64,000 nt of DNA from Chitinophagaceae bacterium (GTDB taxonomy: Bacteria; Bacteroidota; Bacteroidia; Chitinophagales; Chitinophagaceae). The stretch lies in assembly GCA_049241265.1 (NCBI GenBank), contig JBMLRA010000296.1:4238-68237 (forward strand). Direction: 5' to 3'. Of the stretch, positions 38,382 through 47,810 are shown one piece after another (position 1 is the first letter of the stretch; each line of letters starts with the position of its first letter). The notes beneath the pieces are model-generated. The model was not told where the DNA came from and ran no database searches. It saw only the letters and a program-made list of their open reading frames with translations. A program made the position numbers and the translations under genes.

Positions 38382-39647
38382 ATGCTTAACAAGTTTATTG
38401 TAGTATGGTGTTTATTAGCATTGTTTTTTACATCTTGCAACAAGCAATCAAATAGTACTACACCAACTGAAGTATTACCAACTGTAGATACTTTTTTAAC
38501 AAGTAAATGGCTTATTTTTAAAGAGTCAATGCAAACTGTAACCAATGGTAATATCACTGTACAATATATTCGTTCATGCCCTTGTAACCCTAGCCATGAG
38601 GTTTATTTTTTTACAGCCATCACCCCTACTATTACTGATTCATTGAACACTACTTACACTTGGACAATACGAAAAGCAACTACTTATATTTTAACAGGAA
38701 AAAAAGTTCAATTTAAATTTGAAAGGGCAGGCTTTGACAAAGTTGAATTAGAAGTAAAAACAAATGGAATAGTGGTTGGTAATGTAGATATTAATGTTAG
38801 CCCATTAGGCCAACACGCCAATAACAAAAATGTTGCTATACACGCTGATTGTATAGATAGTAATCGAAAAAATTTTATATCATTTTACAGCACAGATACA
38901 GACCCAGACGATGGTTTTATTAATGCACGTTTTTGGGATTTTGGAGATGGTACAAGTTCAACAGACAAATATTTACAACACGAATTCCCTAAAGTTCCTT
39001 ACGATAAAACATATTTAGTAAAACTCTTTATTAATAATAGTTCTGGCTGTAAAGACAGTGCTACTCAAGAAGTATTTATTCCAGGATATTTTAATAATTT
39101 ACAGTGCAAATACAGTTACACAAAAACAGATGCTTGCAAGCCAAGTAATGAAATTTTTACTTTTACAGCAGATGCTACTGGTGTTCCAAATGGAGCAAGT
39201 TATATATGGGATTTCAAAGATTATGTAAAAGACATTCCTGGGCAAACGGTAACACACGAATTTACTTTCCCTAACAGATATGATGTAACAATGAAAATTA
39301 TGTACAATGGAAGACAATTATGTAGCAGCTACGATTCAGTGTTTTCAAAAGGACAAAACGTTACGCCAATTGCATATTTTTATTCAAGTATTGAAAATGA
39401 AACATCAACTAGTATGCGACGTTTTTTCAATTGCCTTTCTAAGTTTGACAATGGTACTTATTTAAGCGATATTTTTTGGGATTATGGTGATGGCCATAGC
39501 GAACATAGACCTTATGACGACTACAATTCAAGACATACCTATGCCAAGAAAATTAATGAAACTTATTACAACGTTAAAATGGTAATTACTGCAAGCTCTG
39601 GTTGCAAGGATAGCAGTTATACAACAGTTATGATTCCAAAATTATAG
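38382..39647 (+). CDS. PKD-repeat lipoprotein (paralog 2)
   Basis: Lipobox FTSC and PKD signatures FWDFGDGTSS, WDFKDYVKD (degenerate) and FWDYGDGHSE. It has the same module order as the upstream gene, 9 nt downstream of it. Confidence 0.8.
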   Translation: MLNKFIVVWCLLALFFTSCNKQSNSTTPTEVLPTVDTFLTSKWLIFKESMQTVTNGNITVQYIRSCPCNPSHEVYFFTAITPTITDSLNTTYTWTIRKATTYILTGKKVQFKFERAGFDKVELEVKTNGIVVGNVDINVSPLGQHANNKNVAIHADCIDSNRKNFISFYSTDTDPDDGFINARFWDFGDGTSSTDKYLQHEFPKVPYDKTYLVKLFINNSSGCKDSATQEVFIPGYFNNLQCKYSYTKTDACKPSNEIFTFTADATGVPNGASYIWDFKDYVKDIPGQTVTHEFTFPNRYDVTMKIMYNGRQLCSSYDSVFSKGQNVTPIAYFYSSIENETSTSMRRFFNCLSKFDNGTYLSDIFWDYGDGHSEHRPYDDYNSRHTYAKKINETYYNVKMVITASSGCKDSSYTTVMIPKL

Positions 39648-39650
39648 ATA

Positions 39651-40346
39651 TTAGAATTCTGTTTTAATATCTATATACTTCAAAAACTCATCTTTCTTTT
39701 CTTGTTCCTTAAACAAACCTCCGTAATAAGATGTTATTGTTGTGCTTGTATCATCCTTAACACCACGACTAGCAACACATAAGTGTTTTGCATCAACCAA
39801 AACAGCAATATCACTAGTGCCTAAAACTTTTTCAAGCTCTTTACCAATTTGCATTGTAAGTCTTTCTTGAACTTGTGGACGCTTTGCAAAATATTCAACA
39901 ATTCTATTTAGCTTACTCAATCCAATTACTTGTCCATTATTTATATAAGCAATATGAGCTTTCCCTATAATTGGAACAAAATGGTGCTCGCAGTATGTAT
40001 AAAATGATATATTCTTTTCAACAAGCATTTCATTGTATTTGTACTTGTTGTCAAACATTGATATACTTGGCTTATTGTTAGGATTTAGCCCTTGAAACAC
40101 TTCTTGCACATACATTTTAGCCACACGCTTTGGTGTACCTTTTAGGCTATCATCATTTAAATCCAAACCCAAAGTATGCATAATAGCTTCAAAGTGTTTG
40201 GCTATAATATCAATTTTCTCTGCGTCTGTTTTTTCAAAAGCATCGGAACGCAAAGGAGTATTGTAGCAAGAGCTAACATGGTCATTGCCTAACTCATCAA
40301 TTTCTATATCGCTTAGTTCTATTTTTTTATGCTGGGTATTTAACAT
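39651..40346 (-). CDS. folE: GTP cyclohydrolase I (FolE type IA)
   Basis: GTPKRVAKMY, zinc motif YCEHHFVPI, and QVQERLT with VDAKHLCVASRGV. Confidence 0.93.
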   Translation of the reverse strand: MLNTQHKKIELSDIEIDELGNDHVSSCYNTPLRSDAFEKTDAEKIDIIAKHFEAIMHTLGLDLNDDSLKGTPKRVAKMYVQEVFQGLNPNNKPSISMFDNKYKYNEMLVEKNISFYTYCEHHFVPIIGKAHIAYINNGQVIGLSKLNRIVEYFAKRPQVQERLTMQIGKELEKVLGTSDIAVLVDAKHLCVASRGVKDDTSTTITSYYGGLFKEQEKKDEFLKYIDIKTEF

Positions 40347-40737
40347 AGTTTCTTTCAGTTTCGTATAATTTAATTTTCAAATCAAGGTGTTGTGCAATGT
40401 GAGGCCTCAATAAATCATAAATAACAATAGCAATATTTTCAGCTGTTGGGTTCAATGTCTTAAACTCTAAAGTATCTAAATTTAAATTTTTATGATCAAA
40501 TCGTTGTATTATTTCTTTCTGAATCAACTCGCTAAGTTCTTTCAAATCAATAACATAACCTGTAACCTCATCGGGCAAACCAACTACTTTCACTATTAAA
40601 TCATAATTATGCCCGTGAAAGTTGGTGTAGCTGCATTTTCCAAATACTTTGAAATTAGTAGCATCGTCCCAAGCTGGGTTGAACAATTTGTGAGCAGCAT
40701 TAAAACTTTCCTTTCTGTAAACGGCTACTTTATTCAT
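40327..40737 (-). CDS. 6-pyruvoyltetrahydropterin / 6-carboxytetrahydropterin synthase (PTPS/QueD family)
   Basis: 136 aa with FGKCSYTNFHGHNYDLIV, DHKNLNLD and KLYETERNYVKY. The stop overlaps the folE start by 20 nt. Confidence 0.88.
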   Translation of the reverse strand: MNKVAVYRKESFNAAHKLFNPAWDDATNFKVFGKCSYTNFHGHNYDLIVKVVGLPDEVTGYVIDLKELSELIQKEIIQRFDHKNLNLDTLEFKTLNPTAENIAIVIYDLLRPHIAQHLDLKIKLYETERNYVKYPA

Positions 40738-40953
40738 TAAATTCTTGTATTTTTTAAGATAGTTTCTGAGCCAAAATTGTGTTGCACAAGTTGAATTTCT
40801 TTAAACCTTTGATAGGGCAAAAGTAGCTGTGTGATTGATTGCAAACACACATCACAAATTATATTTCCTTAAAAAGCAAATGGCTATTTTCGCAGCCTTA
40901 GTAGCAAAAAATAAACAATTACTTACTAATTATTGAATAACAAAAACCAAATA

Positions 40954-43128
40954 ATGTATAAAATAATTCTATTTGTGGCACTAATTCCACTTCTTTCATT
41001 TTCACAAAAAAAGCAAATTACCCTTGAAGACATTTACAAAAAAGGAACTTTTAAAGCAGAAACTGTACAAGGGTTTAATAGTATGAAAGATGGAAAATAT
41101 TATGTAGAAACGATTGATGCTGGCATTATTAAAAAGAGTTTTGAATCAGGCGAAACAATTGATACAATTGTTTACAGTAAAGATGTTAAAAATGACAAGG
41201 GTGCTAAACTGAGCATTTATGATATTGCTTGGAGTAATGACGAAAAGAAATTTTTGATATTTAAAGACAGGGAATTTATTTACAGAAGAAGCAGCAAGGC
41301 AATTACCTATGTTTATGATATTGCAGTAAAAAAGGCTGTTTTAGTAGATACTAATAAAGTATTGCACGCCACCATTTCTCCTGATGGAAGGCAAGTTGCT
41401 TTTGTAAAAAACAATAATTTGTTTACAAAAAATCTTATTACAAATAAAACCACACAAATTACTAATGATGGCAAATGGAATTTTGTTATTAATGGTAATT
41501 GTGATTGGGTGTATGAAGAAGAGTTTGGGTTTTCAAAAGCTTTTGAATGGAGTAAGAATAGTCAATACATTGCTTACTACAGATTTGATGAAAGCAAAGT
41601 AAAATCATTCACTTTCACTCAATATGATAGCCTCTACCCTACTCAATACAGTTATAAATATCCAAAAGCAGGTGAAGCAAATTCTGTAATTGACATTATT
41701 ATTTACAACACAACAACAGGAAAAAAAACAACAGTAGATATTGGCATGGAAAAAGATATTTATATACCAAGAATTAAATGGATTGCTAATACTAATAAGC
41801 TGTGTGTTTATTGGTTAAATCGTTTACAAAACAACTTGAAACTATTACAGGCAGATGCTGTAACTGGCTCTACAACTACATTTTACGAAGAGAAGAATGA
41901 CAAATACATTAGCATTAATGATGATATTTATTTCTTTGAAGATGGAAATAGATTTCTATTAACAAGTGAAAAAAATGGTTATAATGATTTGTATTTGGGT
42001 AATATAAAAACGAAAGAAACAACACAACTATTAAAGGATAAATTTGATGTAACAGATATACTTGGTGTTGATGAAAAAACTAATAGAATATTTTATTTAT
42101 CAGCTTATGATATCAAAAATAGAATGCCACAAGTTTATCATTTAAACACAAAAAAGATTGATGCCCTAACTTATAAAGTTGGAACACACAAAATCAATTT
42201 TAATAGTAATTTTAGTTACTTTATGGATACTTATTCTGATTCATACTTTCCACCAATTTATAGTTTAAACAAAACAGATTCATCCATTGGAAACTATACT
42301 TACAAGGGTAGAATTTTAAAGGACAATCTTGCATTAAGAAATAAAGTTTATAATGAATATAATCTAGCTACTCCAACCTTTCAAATGATTAAAAATGCTG
42401 CTGGGGTTGATTTATGTAGCTGGATGCTAAAACCCAAAGACTTTGATTCTACTAAAAAATATCCTGTACTCTTTTGCAATTATGGAGGACCTGGAAGCCA
42501 ACAAGTTGCTAATGCTTGGGGCAAAATAAATATGTGGCACCATTACCTAACACAGCAAGGTTATATTGTTGTTTGTGTAGATAATACTGGCACAGGTTTT
42601 AGAGGCGAAGCCTTTAAAAAGAAAACATATTTACAACTTGGTAAATATGAAATTGAAGACCAAATTGATGCAGCAAAATATCTTACAACACTGCCATATG
42701 TTGATGCAAAAAGAATTGGGCATTGGGGTTGGAGCTTTGGTGGATTTATGAGCAGTTTAGCAATTAGCAAAGGGGCAGATGTTTTTAAAACTGCTGTAGC
42801 TGTGGCACCTGTAACAAATTGGAGATATTATGACAATATTTACACAGAGCGTTTTATGCGTACACCACAAGAAAACAAAAAAGGCTACGATGAAAATGCA
42901 CCATTAAACTATGTTGATAAAATAAAAGGTAAATTCTTAATCATTCACGGCACAGCCGATGACAATGTACATTTTCAAAATAGTGTTATGATGATTGATG
43001 AAATGATTAAGAAAAATATTGATTTTGAGAGTGGTTACTATCCTAACAAAAATCATAGTATCAATGGTGGCAACACGAGCTTTCATATTTACAACAAGAT
43101 GACGAAATTTATTTTACAAAATCTTTAA
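40954..43128 (+). CDS. S9B family dipeptidyl-peptidase IV
   Basis: Signal peptide, a DPP-IV N-terminal propeller (WSPDG-like ISPDGRQVAFV, DWVYEEEF), catalytic Ser GWSFGG, Asp GTADDNVH and His NHSI. The track start at 40933 is TTG, so I prefer the ATG at 40954. Confidence 0.9.
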   Translation: MYKIILFVALIPLLSFSQKKQITLEDIYKKGTFKAETVQGFNSMKDGKYYVETIDAGIIKKSFESGETIDTIVYSKDVKNDKGAKLSIYDIAWSNDEKKFLIFKDREFIYRRSSKAITYVYDIAVKKAVLVDTNKVLHATISPDGRQVAFVKNNNLFTKNLITNKTTQITNDGKWNFVINGNCDWVYEEEFGFSKAFEWSKNSQYIAYYRFDESKVKSFTFTQYDSLYPTQYSYKYPKAGEANSVIDIIIYNTTTGKKTTVDIGMEKDIYIPRIKWIANTNKLCVYWLNRLQNNLKLLQADAVTGSTTTFYEEKNDKYISINDDIYFFEDGNRFLLTSEKNGYNDLYLGNIKTKETTQLLKDKFDVTDILGVDEKTNRIFYLSAYDIKNRMPQVYHLNTKKIDALTYKVGTHKINFNSNFSYFMDTYSDSYFPPIYSLNKTDSSIGNYTYKGRILKDNLALRNKVYNEYNLATPTFQMIKNAAGVDLCSWMLKPKDFDSTKKYPVLFCNYGGPGSQQVANAWGKINMWHHYLTQQGYIVVCVDNTGTGFRGEAFKKKTYLQLGKYEIEDQIDAAKYLTTLPYVDAKRIGHWGWSFGGFMSSLAISKGADVFKTAVAVAPVTNWRYYDNIYTERFMRTPQENKKGYDENAPLNYVDKIKGKFLIIHGTADDNVHFQNSVMMIDEMIKKNIDFESGYYPNKNHSINGGNTSFHIYNKMTKFILQNL

Positions 43129-43255
43129 TTGGCTAGTTGGAAGTAGCGAGTGGCTAGTAGGCATATTTATTAACACTTTTAACCCATATTAACCAATTGC
43201 TACTCACCACTAGCTCAAAAACTATTACCCATTCACTAAAACCCCATTCACCAAT

Positions 43256-43912
43256 TTGAACACAGTAATTTTCGATATGGATGGTTTGCTAATTGATAGC
43301 GAACCTTTATGGCAAGAAGCAGCTAATGAAATTTTTAGCATTAACAATGTTAGTATTTCAAAAGAAGAATATGATAAAACAACAGGACTAAGAACTGTTG
43401 AGTTTTTAGAGCATTGGTTTAATCATTTTAAACTCGATAAATCACTTATTCCAAGTTGGGATAAAATGATTGTAGATGCTGTAATTGAAAAGGTAAAAAT
43501 CAAAGGCGTTATTATGAATGGTGTTGATTACATTTTCAATTTTTTTGAGCAACAAAACTTCAAGATTGGTTTGGCTACATCCTCTCCCACATCTTTAATT
43601 GATGCTGTTGTTGAAATTGCTGGCATTAAAAAATATTTAAAAGCTATTGCATCTGCACAAGATTTGCCTTATGGCAAACCTAACCCACAAGTGTATTTAG
43701 ACTGTGCAGCAATGCTACAAAGCAATCCAACAGAATGTATTTGTTTTGAAGATTCAATTAATGGAATGATTGCTGCAAAAGCTGCTAAAATGAAATGTGT
43801 TGTTGTGCCTGCAGCTGCACAAGCAAAGGATTTGCGTTGGTCACTAGCAGATTTGCAATTATCATCTTTACAAAATTTCGGGCAACTACATTTTGAAAGA
43901 TTGAGGAGATAA
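43256..43912 (+). CDS. HAD-superfamily sugar phosphatase, HxpB/YniC-like
   Basis: The DxD nucleophile motif FDMDGLLIDSEPLW lies at residues 6-19. GLATSS, YGKPNPQVYLDCA and EDSINGMIAAKAA parallel E. coli YniC. The TTG start at 43256 is required, because the only nearby ATG lies inside the DMD motif. Confidence 0.85.
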   Translation: MNTVIFDMDGLLIDSEPLWQEAANEIFSINNVSISKEEYDKTTGLRTVEFLEHWFNHFKLDKSLIPSWDKMIVDAVIEKVKIKGVIMNGVDYIFNFFEQQNFKIGLATSSPTSLIDAVVEIAGIKKYLKAIASAQDLPYGKPNPQVYLDCAAMLQSNPTECICFEDSINGMIAAKAAKMKCVVVPAAAQAKDLRWSLADLQLSSLQNFGQLHFERLRR

Positions 43913-43963
43913 TGAGTTTATTGCAACAGTAAGAATGAGTGAGAAAAAACATTTTCAATTAAC

Positions 43964-44389
43964 CTAAAAATTGTATTTTCTTATTGGTTCGTCTTCTTTT
44001 TCCATTTGATCAATTAATGCTTCGGCTGTAGGATTTTGAACAATTGATGTAGCTAATTTATATAATCCAAATAACAATACAACTGACATGATTAACTCGT
44101 TCCAAGTAAACCAATAACCCCACAAGCTATACACAGCAGCTTTTTCAGGCTGATTTGCTTGATAAATAATGGTAACACTTTCTCCTGCCTTTAAATTTCT
44201 GAATGGATATTTTACATCAATTTCATAAACCTTTTTATTGATGGTATAAACTGCTTTTGGCAAATTATTAACTGCATCTATTTTAATAATTGCTTCAACT
44301 GTTTCTCCATCAAAATAATCTGGAACTCTAGTGTAGAAAATGTAACAGAAATAACAAGTAAAGTATAAAGTAAAAAGTAATTTTATCAT
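43964..44389 (-). CDS. Hypothetical membrane protein (two TM helices flanking a small beta domain; DUF3592-like)
   Basis: 141 aa with an N-terminal TM, a soluble segment and a second TM (LIMSVVLLFGLY). The family call is by recollection only. Confidence 0.45.
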   Translation of the reverse strand: MIKLLFTLYFTCYFCYIFYTRVPDYFDGETVEAIIKIDAVNNLPKAVYTINKKVYEIDVKYPFRNLKAGESVTIIYQANQPEKAAVYSLWGYWFTWNELIMSVVLLFGLYKLATSIVQNPTAEALIDQMEKEDEPIRKYNF

Positions 44390-44409
44390 ATTACAGTATA
44401 TGTATTAAT

Positions 44410-44438
44410 AAATAAGGTCGGTAAAACCGACCTTATTT
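44410..44438 (-). terminator. Rho-independent terminator after glyQS
   Basis: Perfect 12-bp stem AAATAAGGTCGG / CCGACCTTATTT with a 5-nt loop, 20 nt downstream of the glyQS stop. Confidence 0.7.
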
Positions 44439-44457
44439 AAAATCTTATTTAAAACAA

Positions 44458-45927
44458 TTACATAATTGCATTCAACACTAAGTTTCTAACTTCACTAATA
44501 GCTATTCTCTCTTGTGTCATACTATCTCTGTAGCGAATAGTAACTGTGTTATCTTCTTTTGTTTGATGGTCAATAGTTACACAAAATGGCGTTCCTATTG
44601 CGTCTTGGCGTCTGTAACGTTTGCCAATAGCATCTTTTTCTTCATAAAAACATCTAAACAAAGGCTTGCATTCGCCCATTAATTCTCTTGCAATTTCTGG
44701 CAATCCATCTTTCTTAAGCAATGGTAAAATAGCCAATTTATTAGGTGCAAGTTTAGCAGGAATCTTTAAAACTGTTCTACTATCTGTTGTCCCATCTTCT
44801 TTATTAATTGTTTCTTCTTGATATGAATTACTAAGTATTAATAAAAACATCCTGTCTAAACCAATTGAAGTTTCAATAACATAAGGAATATAGTTGCCAT
44901 AAGGCTTTCCTGTTGCTTCATCAATATCATTATCAAAATACTGTTGTTTCTTTTTACTGTATTCCTGATGTTGCTTTAAATCAAAATCACTTCTACTGTG
45001 TATGCCTTCAACTTCTTTAAATCCAATTGGAAATTCAAACTCAATATCACAAGCTTCTTTAGCATAATGAGCTAGTTTAACATGGTCGTGATAGCGATAC
45101 TTTGCAGCATCAATTCCCAAACTTAAGTGCCATTTTAGTCTTTCTTCTTTCCATACTTTATACCACTCACCTTCTGTACCAGGACGAACAAAGAATTGCA
45201 TTTCCATTTGCTCAAACTCTCTCATTCTAAATATAAACTGACGAGCAACAATTTCATTTCTAAATGCTTTACCTGTTTGTGCTATACCAAAAGGAATTTT
45301 CATTCGTGCAGATTTTTGCACATTTAAAAAATTCACAAAAATGCCTTGAGCTGTTTCTGGTCTTAAATAAACCATATTATCATCTGGATTATCACTTGCA
45401 ACAGCCCCAAATTCAGTTTTAAACATCAAGTTAAACTGACGAATGTCAGTCCAATTACAAGTACCACTAATACTGCAAGGAATCTTCACTTCTTCAATCA
45501 TCTTTTTTAAACCCACAAAATCATCTGCTGCAAGAAATTTTTCCATTGAAGCTACCAATCCATCTGCTTCATCTGCCTTTCCTTTTTCCTTTAAAATATC
45601 TGCATAACCTTCAATCAAATGATCTACTCTGTAGCGTTTCTTACTATCCTTATTATCAATCATTGGGTCGCTAAAATTATCAACGTGTCCGCTAGCTTTC
45701 CAAGTGGTTGGGTGCATAAAAATAGCAGCATCTATACCCACAATATTATCATGCATTTGTGTCATTGATTTCCACCAATAATCTCGAATATTCTTTTTCA
45801 ATTCACTACCCCAAGGACCATAATCATACACTGCACTTAATCCATCGTATATTTCACTAGATTGAAATACAAAACCATATTCTTTTGCGTGAGCAATTAT
45901 TGCTTGTAAATTATTTTCAGTTGCCAT
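44458..45927 (-). CDS. glyQS: Glycine--tRNA ligase (homodimeric class II type)
   Basis: 489 aa with the class II motifs (YLRPETAQGIF, FRNEI, IETSIGLDRM) and a C-terminal anticodon-binding domain. Confidence 0.95.
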   Translation of the reverse strand: MATENNLQAIIAHAKEYGFVFQSSEIYDGLSAVYDYGPWGSELKKNIRDYWWKSMTQMHDNIVGIDAAIFMHPTTWKASGHVDNFSDPMIDNKDSKKRYRVDHLIEGYADILKEKGKADEADGLVASMEKFLAADDFVGLKKMIEEVKIPCSISGTCNWTDIRQFNLMFKTEFGAVASDNPDDNMVYLRPETAQGIFVNFLNVQKSARMKIPFGIAQTGKAFRNEIVARQFIFRMREFEQMEMQFFVRPGTEGEWYKVWKEERLKWHLSLGIDAAKYRYHDHVKLAHYAKEACDIEFEFPIGFKEVEGIHSRSDFDLKQHQEYSKKKQQYFDNDIDEATGKPYGNYIPYVIETSIGLDRMFLLILSNSYQEETINKEDGTTDSRTVLKIPAKLAPNKLAILPLLKKDGLPEIARELMGECKPLFRCFYEEKDAIGKRYRRQDAIGTPFCVTIDHQTKEDNTVTIRYRDSMTQERIAISEVRNLVLNAIM

Positions 45928-46075
45928 AAATGCAAATATAGGTTTAGTGATTATTTAGAAAAATGGTTTTGCTTGCAGCATATCATTCTTTAGTAACTAG
46001 AAGGAATGATTTGAACATAACTTAATTCAAATTTGTAATTTTATTTTTTTGATGCTTAATTTGCAACAAACAGAA

Positions 46076-47128
46076 ATGATGGCAAAAATTTTGGTTACTG
46101 GTGGTGCTGGGTATATTGGTTCTCATACAATAGTTGATTTAATTCAAAATGGATTTGAGGTAATTAGTGTAGATAATTTTACATCTTCAAACGAAAGTGT
46201 TTTTAAAGGCATTGAGAAAATAACTGGAAAAACTGTCACTAATTATAATATAGATTTAACGAATCTTCAAGATGCAAGAACTATTTTCTTAAACCATCCA
46301 CAAATTTCAGGAGTAATACATTTTGCTGCATACAAAGCTGTGGGAGAATCTGTTCAAAATCCGTTAAAATATTACAATAACAATCTAGGATCTTTACTAA
46401 ATATTTTAAAGTGTGTTGAAGAATTTGGCATTTCACATTTTGTGTTTTCATCCTCTTGCACTGTTTACGGTAATCCTGATTCTATTTGTGTTACTGAAGA
46501 CACTCCTCAAAAGAAAGCAGAATCACCATATGGCTACACTAAGCAAATTGGAGAAAGAATGATCGAAGATTTTGTGAAAGTTAATCCTATTACAAAGGCA
46601 TTTTTACTAAGGTATTTTAATCCTGTTGGTGCACACCCATCATCATTCATTGGTGAATTACCCATTGGTAAACCTATGAATTTAGTACCAGCTATAACAC
46701 AAACAGCAATAGGAAAATTAGATAAAATGTTTGTGCATGGAGTTGATTATGACACTAGAGACGGAAGTTGTGTTAGAGATTACATTCACGTTTGTGATAT
46801 AGCTACAGCACACACACTTGCATTGCAATACTTAAGGGCTGAAAAAGAAAATGTTAACCCCGAAATATTAAATTTAGGTTCAGGAAACGGAGTTACTGTT
46901 TTAGAAGCTATTAGTGCATTTGAGCAAGTAAGCAATACCAAACTAAATTATCAATTAGGAGCAAGAAGAAACGGAGATGTGGTAGCTATTTATGCAAATA
47001 ACAATTTAGCAATAGAAAAACTAGGATGGAAACCTAAATACAATTTGAATGATATGATGAAAACAGCTTGGGATTGGGAATTGAAGCTAAGAGAGGATAA
47101 TGAACATACGAAAAAATCAAGCCTTTAA
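46076..47128 (+). CDS. galE: UDP-glucose 4-epimerase
   Basis: ILVTGGAGYIGSH, SSSCTVYG and the catalytic YGYTK. Possible starts lie at 46049 (TTG), 46052, 46076 and 46079, and family N-termini favour 46076 or 46079. Confidence 0.92.
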   Translation: MMAKILVTGGAGYIGSHTIVDLIQNGFEVISVDNFTSSNESVFKGIEKITGKTVTNYNIDLTNLQDARTIFLNHPQISGVIHFAAYKAVGESVQNPLKYYNNNLGSLLNILKCVEEFGISHFVFSSSCTVYGNPDSICVTEDTPQKKAESPYGYTKQIGERMIEDFVKVNPITKAFLLRYFNPVGAHPSSFIGELPIGKPMNLVPAITQTAIGKLDKMFVHGVDYDTRDGSCVRDYIHVCDIATAHTLALQYLRAEKENVNPEILNLGSGNGVTVLEAISAFEQVSNTKLNYQLGARRNGDVVAIYANNNLAIEKLGWKPKYNLNDMMKTAWDWELKLREDNEHTKKSSL

Positions 47129-47146
47129 GCTAGCTATCATAACCAA

Positions 47147-47779
47147 TTACTTCACTATTTTCTTTGCAAACCAATAAACCCAATATGTAAAAAATGGTGC
47201 TGCTACTACATCAATTGCATAATGCACATGTTGAAATAAAACCATTGTACCTATTAAAATAGAAGCTAAGAGTGTAATTGTTTTGTGCCAGTTTTTTTCT
47301 AAACACAAATACATTAAAAACATTGTTGATGTGTGACCAGAATAAAATAAATCTTTGGTAATTAATTTACCACCATAAAAAATATCTGTTAGTGGGTCTT
47401 TCAATGGTACAAGATTTTGGGGTGGATTAAATGCAACTACTGTAATGGATACTATCCTTGAGAGCGACAACAAAATGAACCCCCACATAAATAACAAAAA
47501 AAAATTTGGATTTTTTATTGCTTGGGTTATAGTTAAAATAGCACAAAACCAAATGATACCAAATATTGGGTATGAAAGATTTACAGCAGGCAACTTGTTA
47601 AGTAACCAATCGTTAATTTGATGACCATCTCTTCTTTCGATAGCATCAAAAAACAAAGGAAATGTAGCTAGTAAAATAGCCAATAAAAATAACCCTATAA
47701 TCAACTTTTTTTTAAATTCAGCATTGTTCCAACTATTACTCCATCTTGCTGAAATATTGCTTGTAAAATTTGCTGCCAC
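47147..47779 (-). CDS. PAP2-superfamily integral membrane protein with sphingomyelin-synthase-like C2/C3 motifs
   Basis: 210 aa with about 5-6 TM helices. It carries the motifs KDLFYSGHTS and HVHYAIDVVAAPFFTYWVYWF. Confidence 0.6.
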   Translation of the reverse strand: MAANFTSNISARWSNSWNNAEFKKKLIIGLFLLAILLATFPLFFDAIERRDGHQINDWLLNKLPAVNLSYPIFGIIWFCAILTITQAIKNPNFFLLFMWGFILLSLSRIVSITVVAFNPPQNLVPLKDPLTDIFYGGKLITKDLFYSGHTSTMFLMYLCLEKNWHKTITLLASILIGTMVLFQHVHYAIDVVAAPFFTYWVYWFAKKIVK

Positions 47780-47810
47780 TAACTATTACTTAAATTAAAA
47801 ATGATATTTT

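Noticed and set aside
40738-40932. Riboswitch (preQ1 or THF) upstream of the PTPS-folE operon
   Set aside because: Only short GTGTG/CACAC and TGTGAT/ATCACA pairings are present, and I could not recognise any riboswitch consensus. The region is more simply a divergent promoter shared with the DPP-IV gene.
43131-43225. Imperfect inverted repeat (TGGCTAGTTGGAAGTAGCGA ... TTGCTACTCACCACTAGCTC) between the DPP-IV and HAD phosphatase genes
   Set aside because: Only about 15 of 20 positions pair in my hand alignment, and the arms are about 55 nt apart. This is too weak to call a regulatory element or a mobile-element end.
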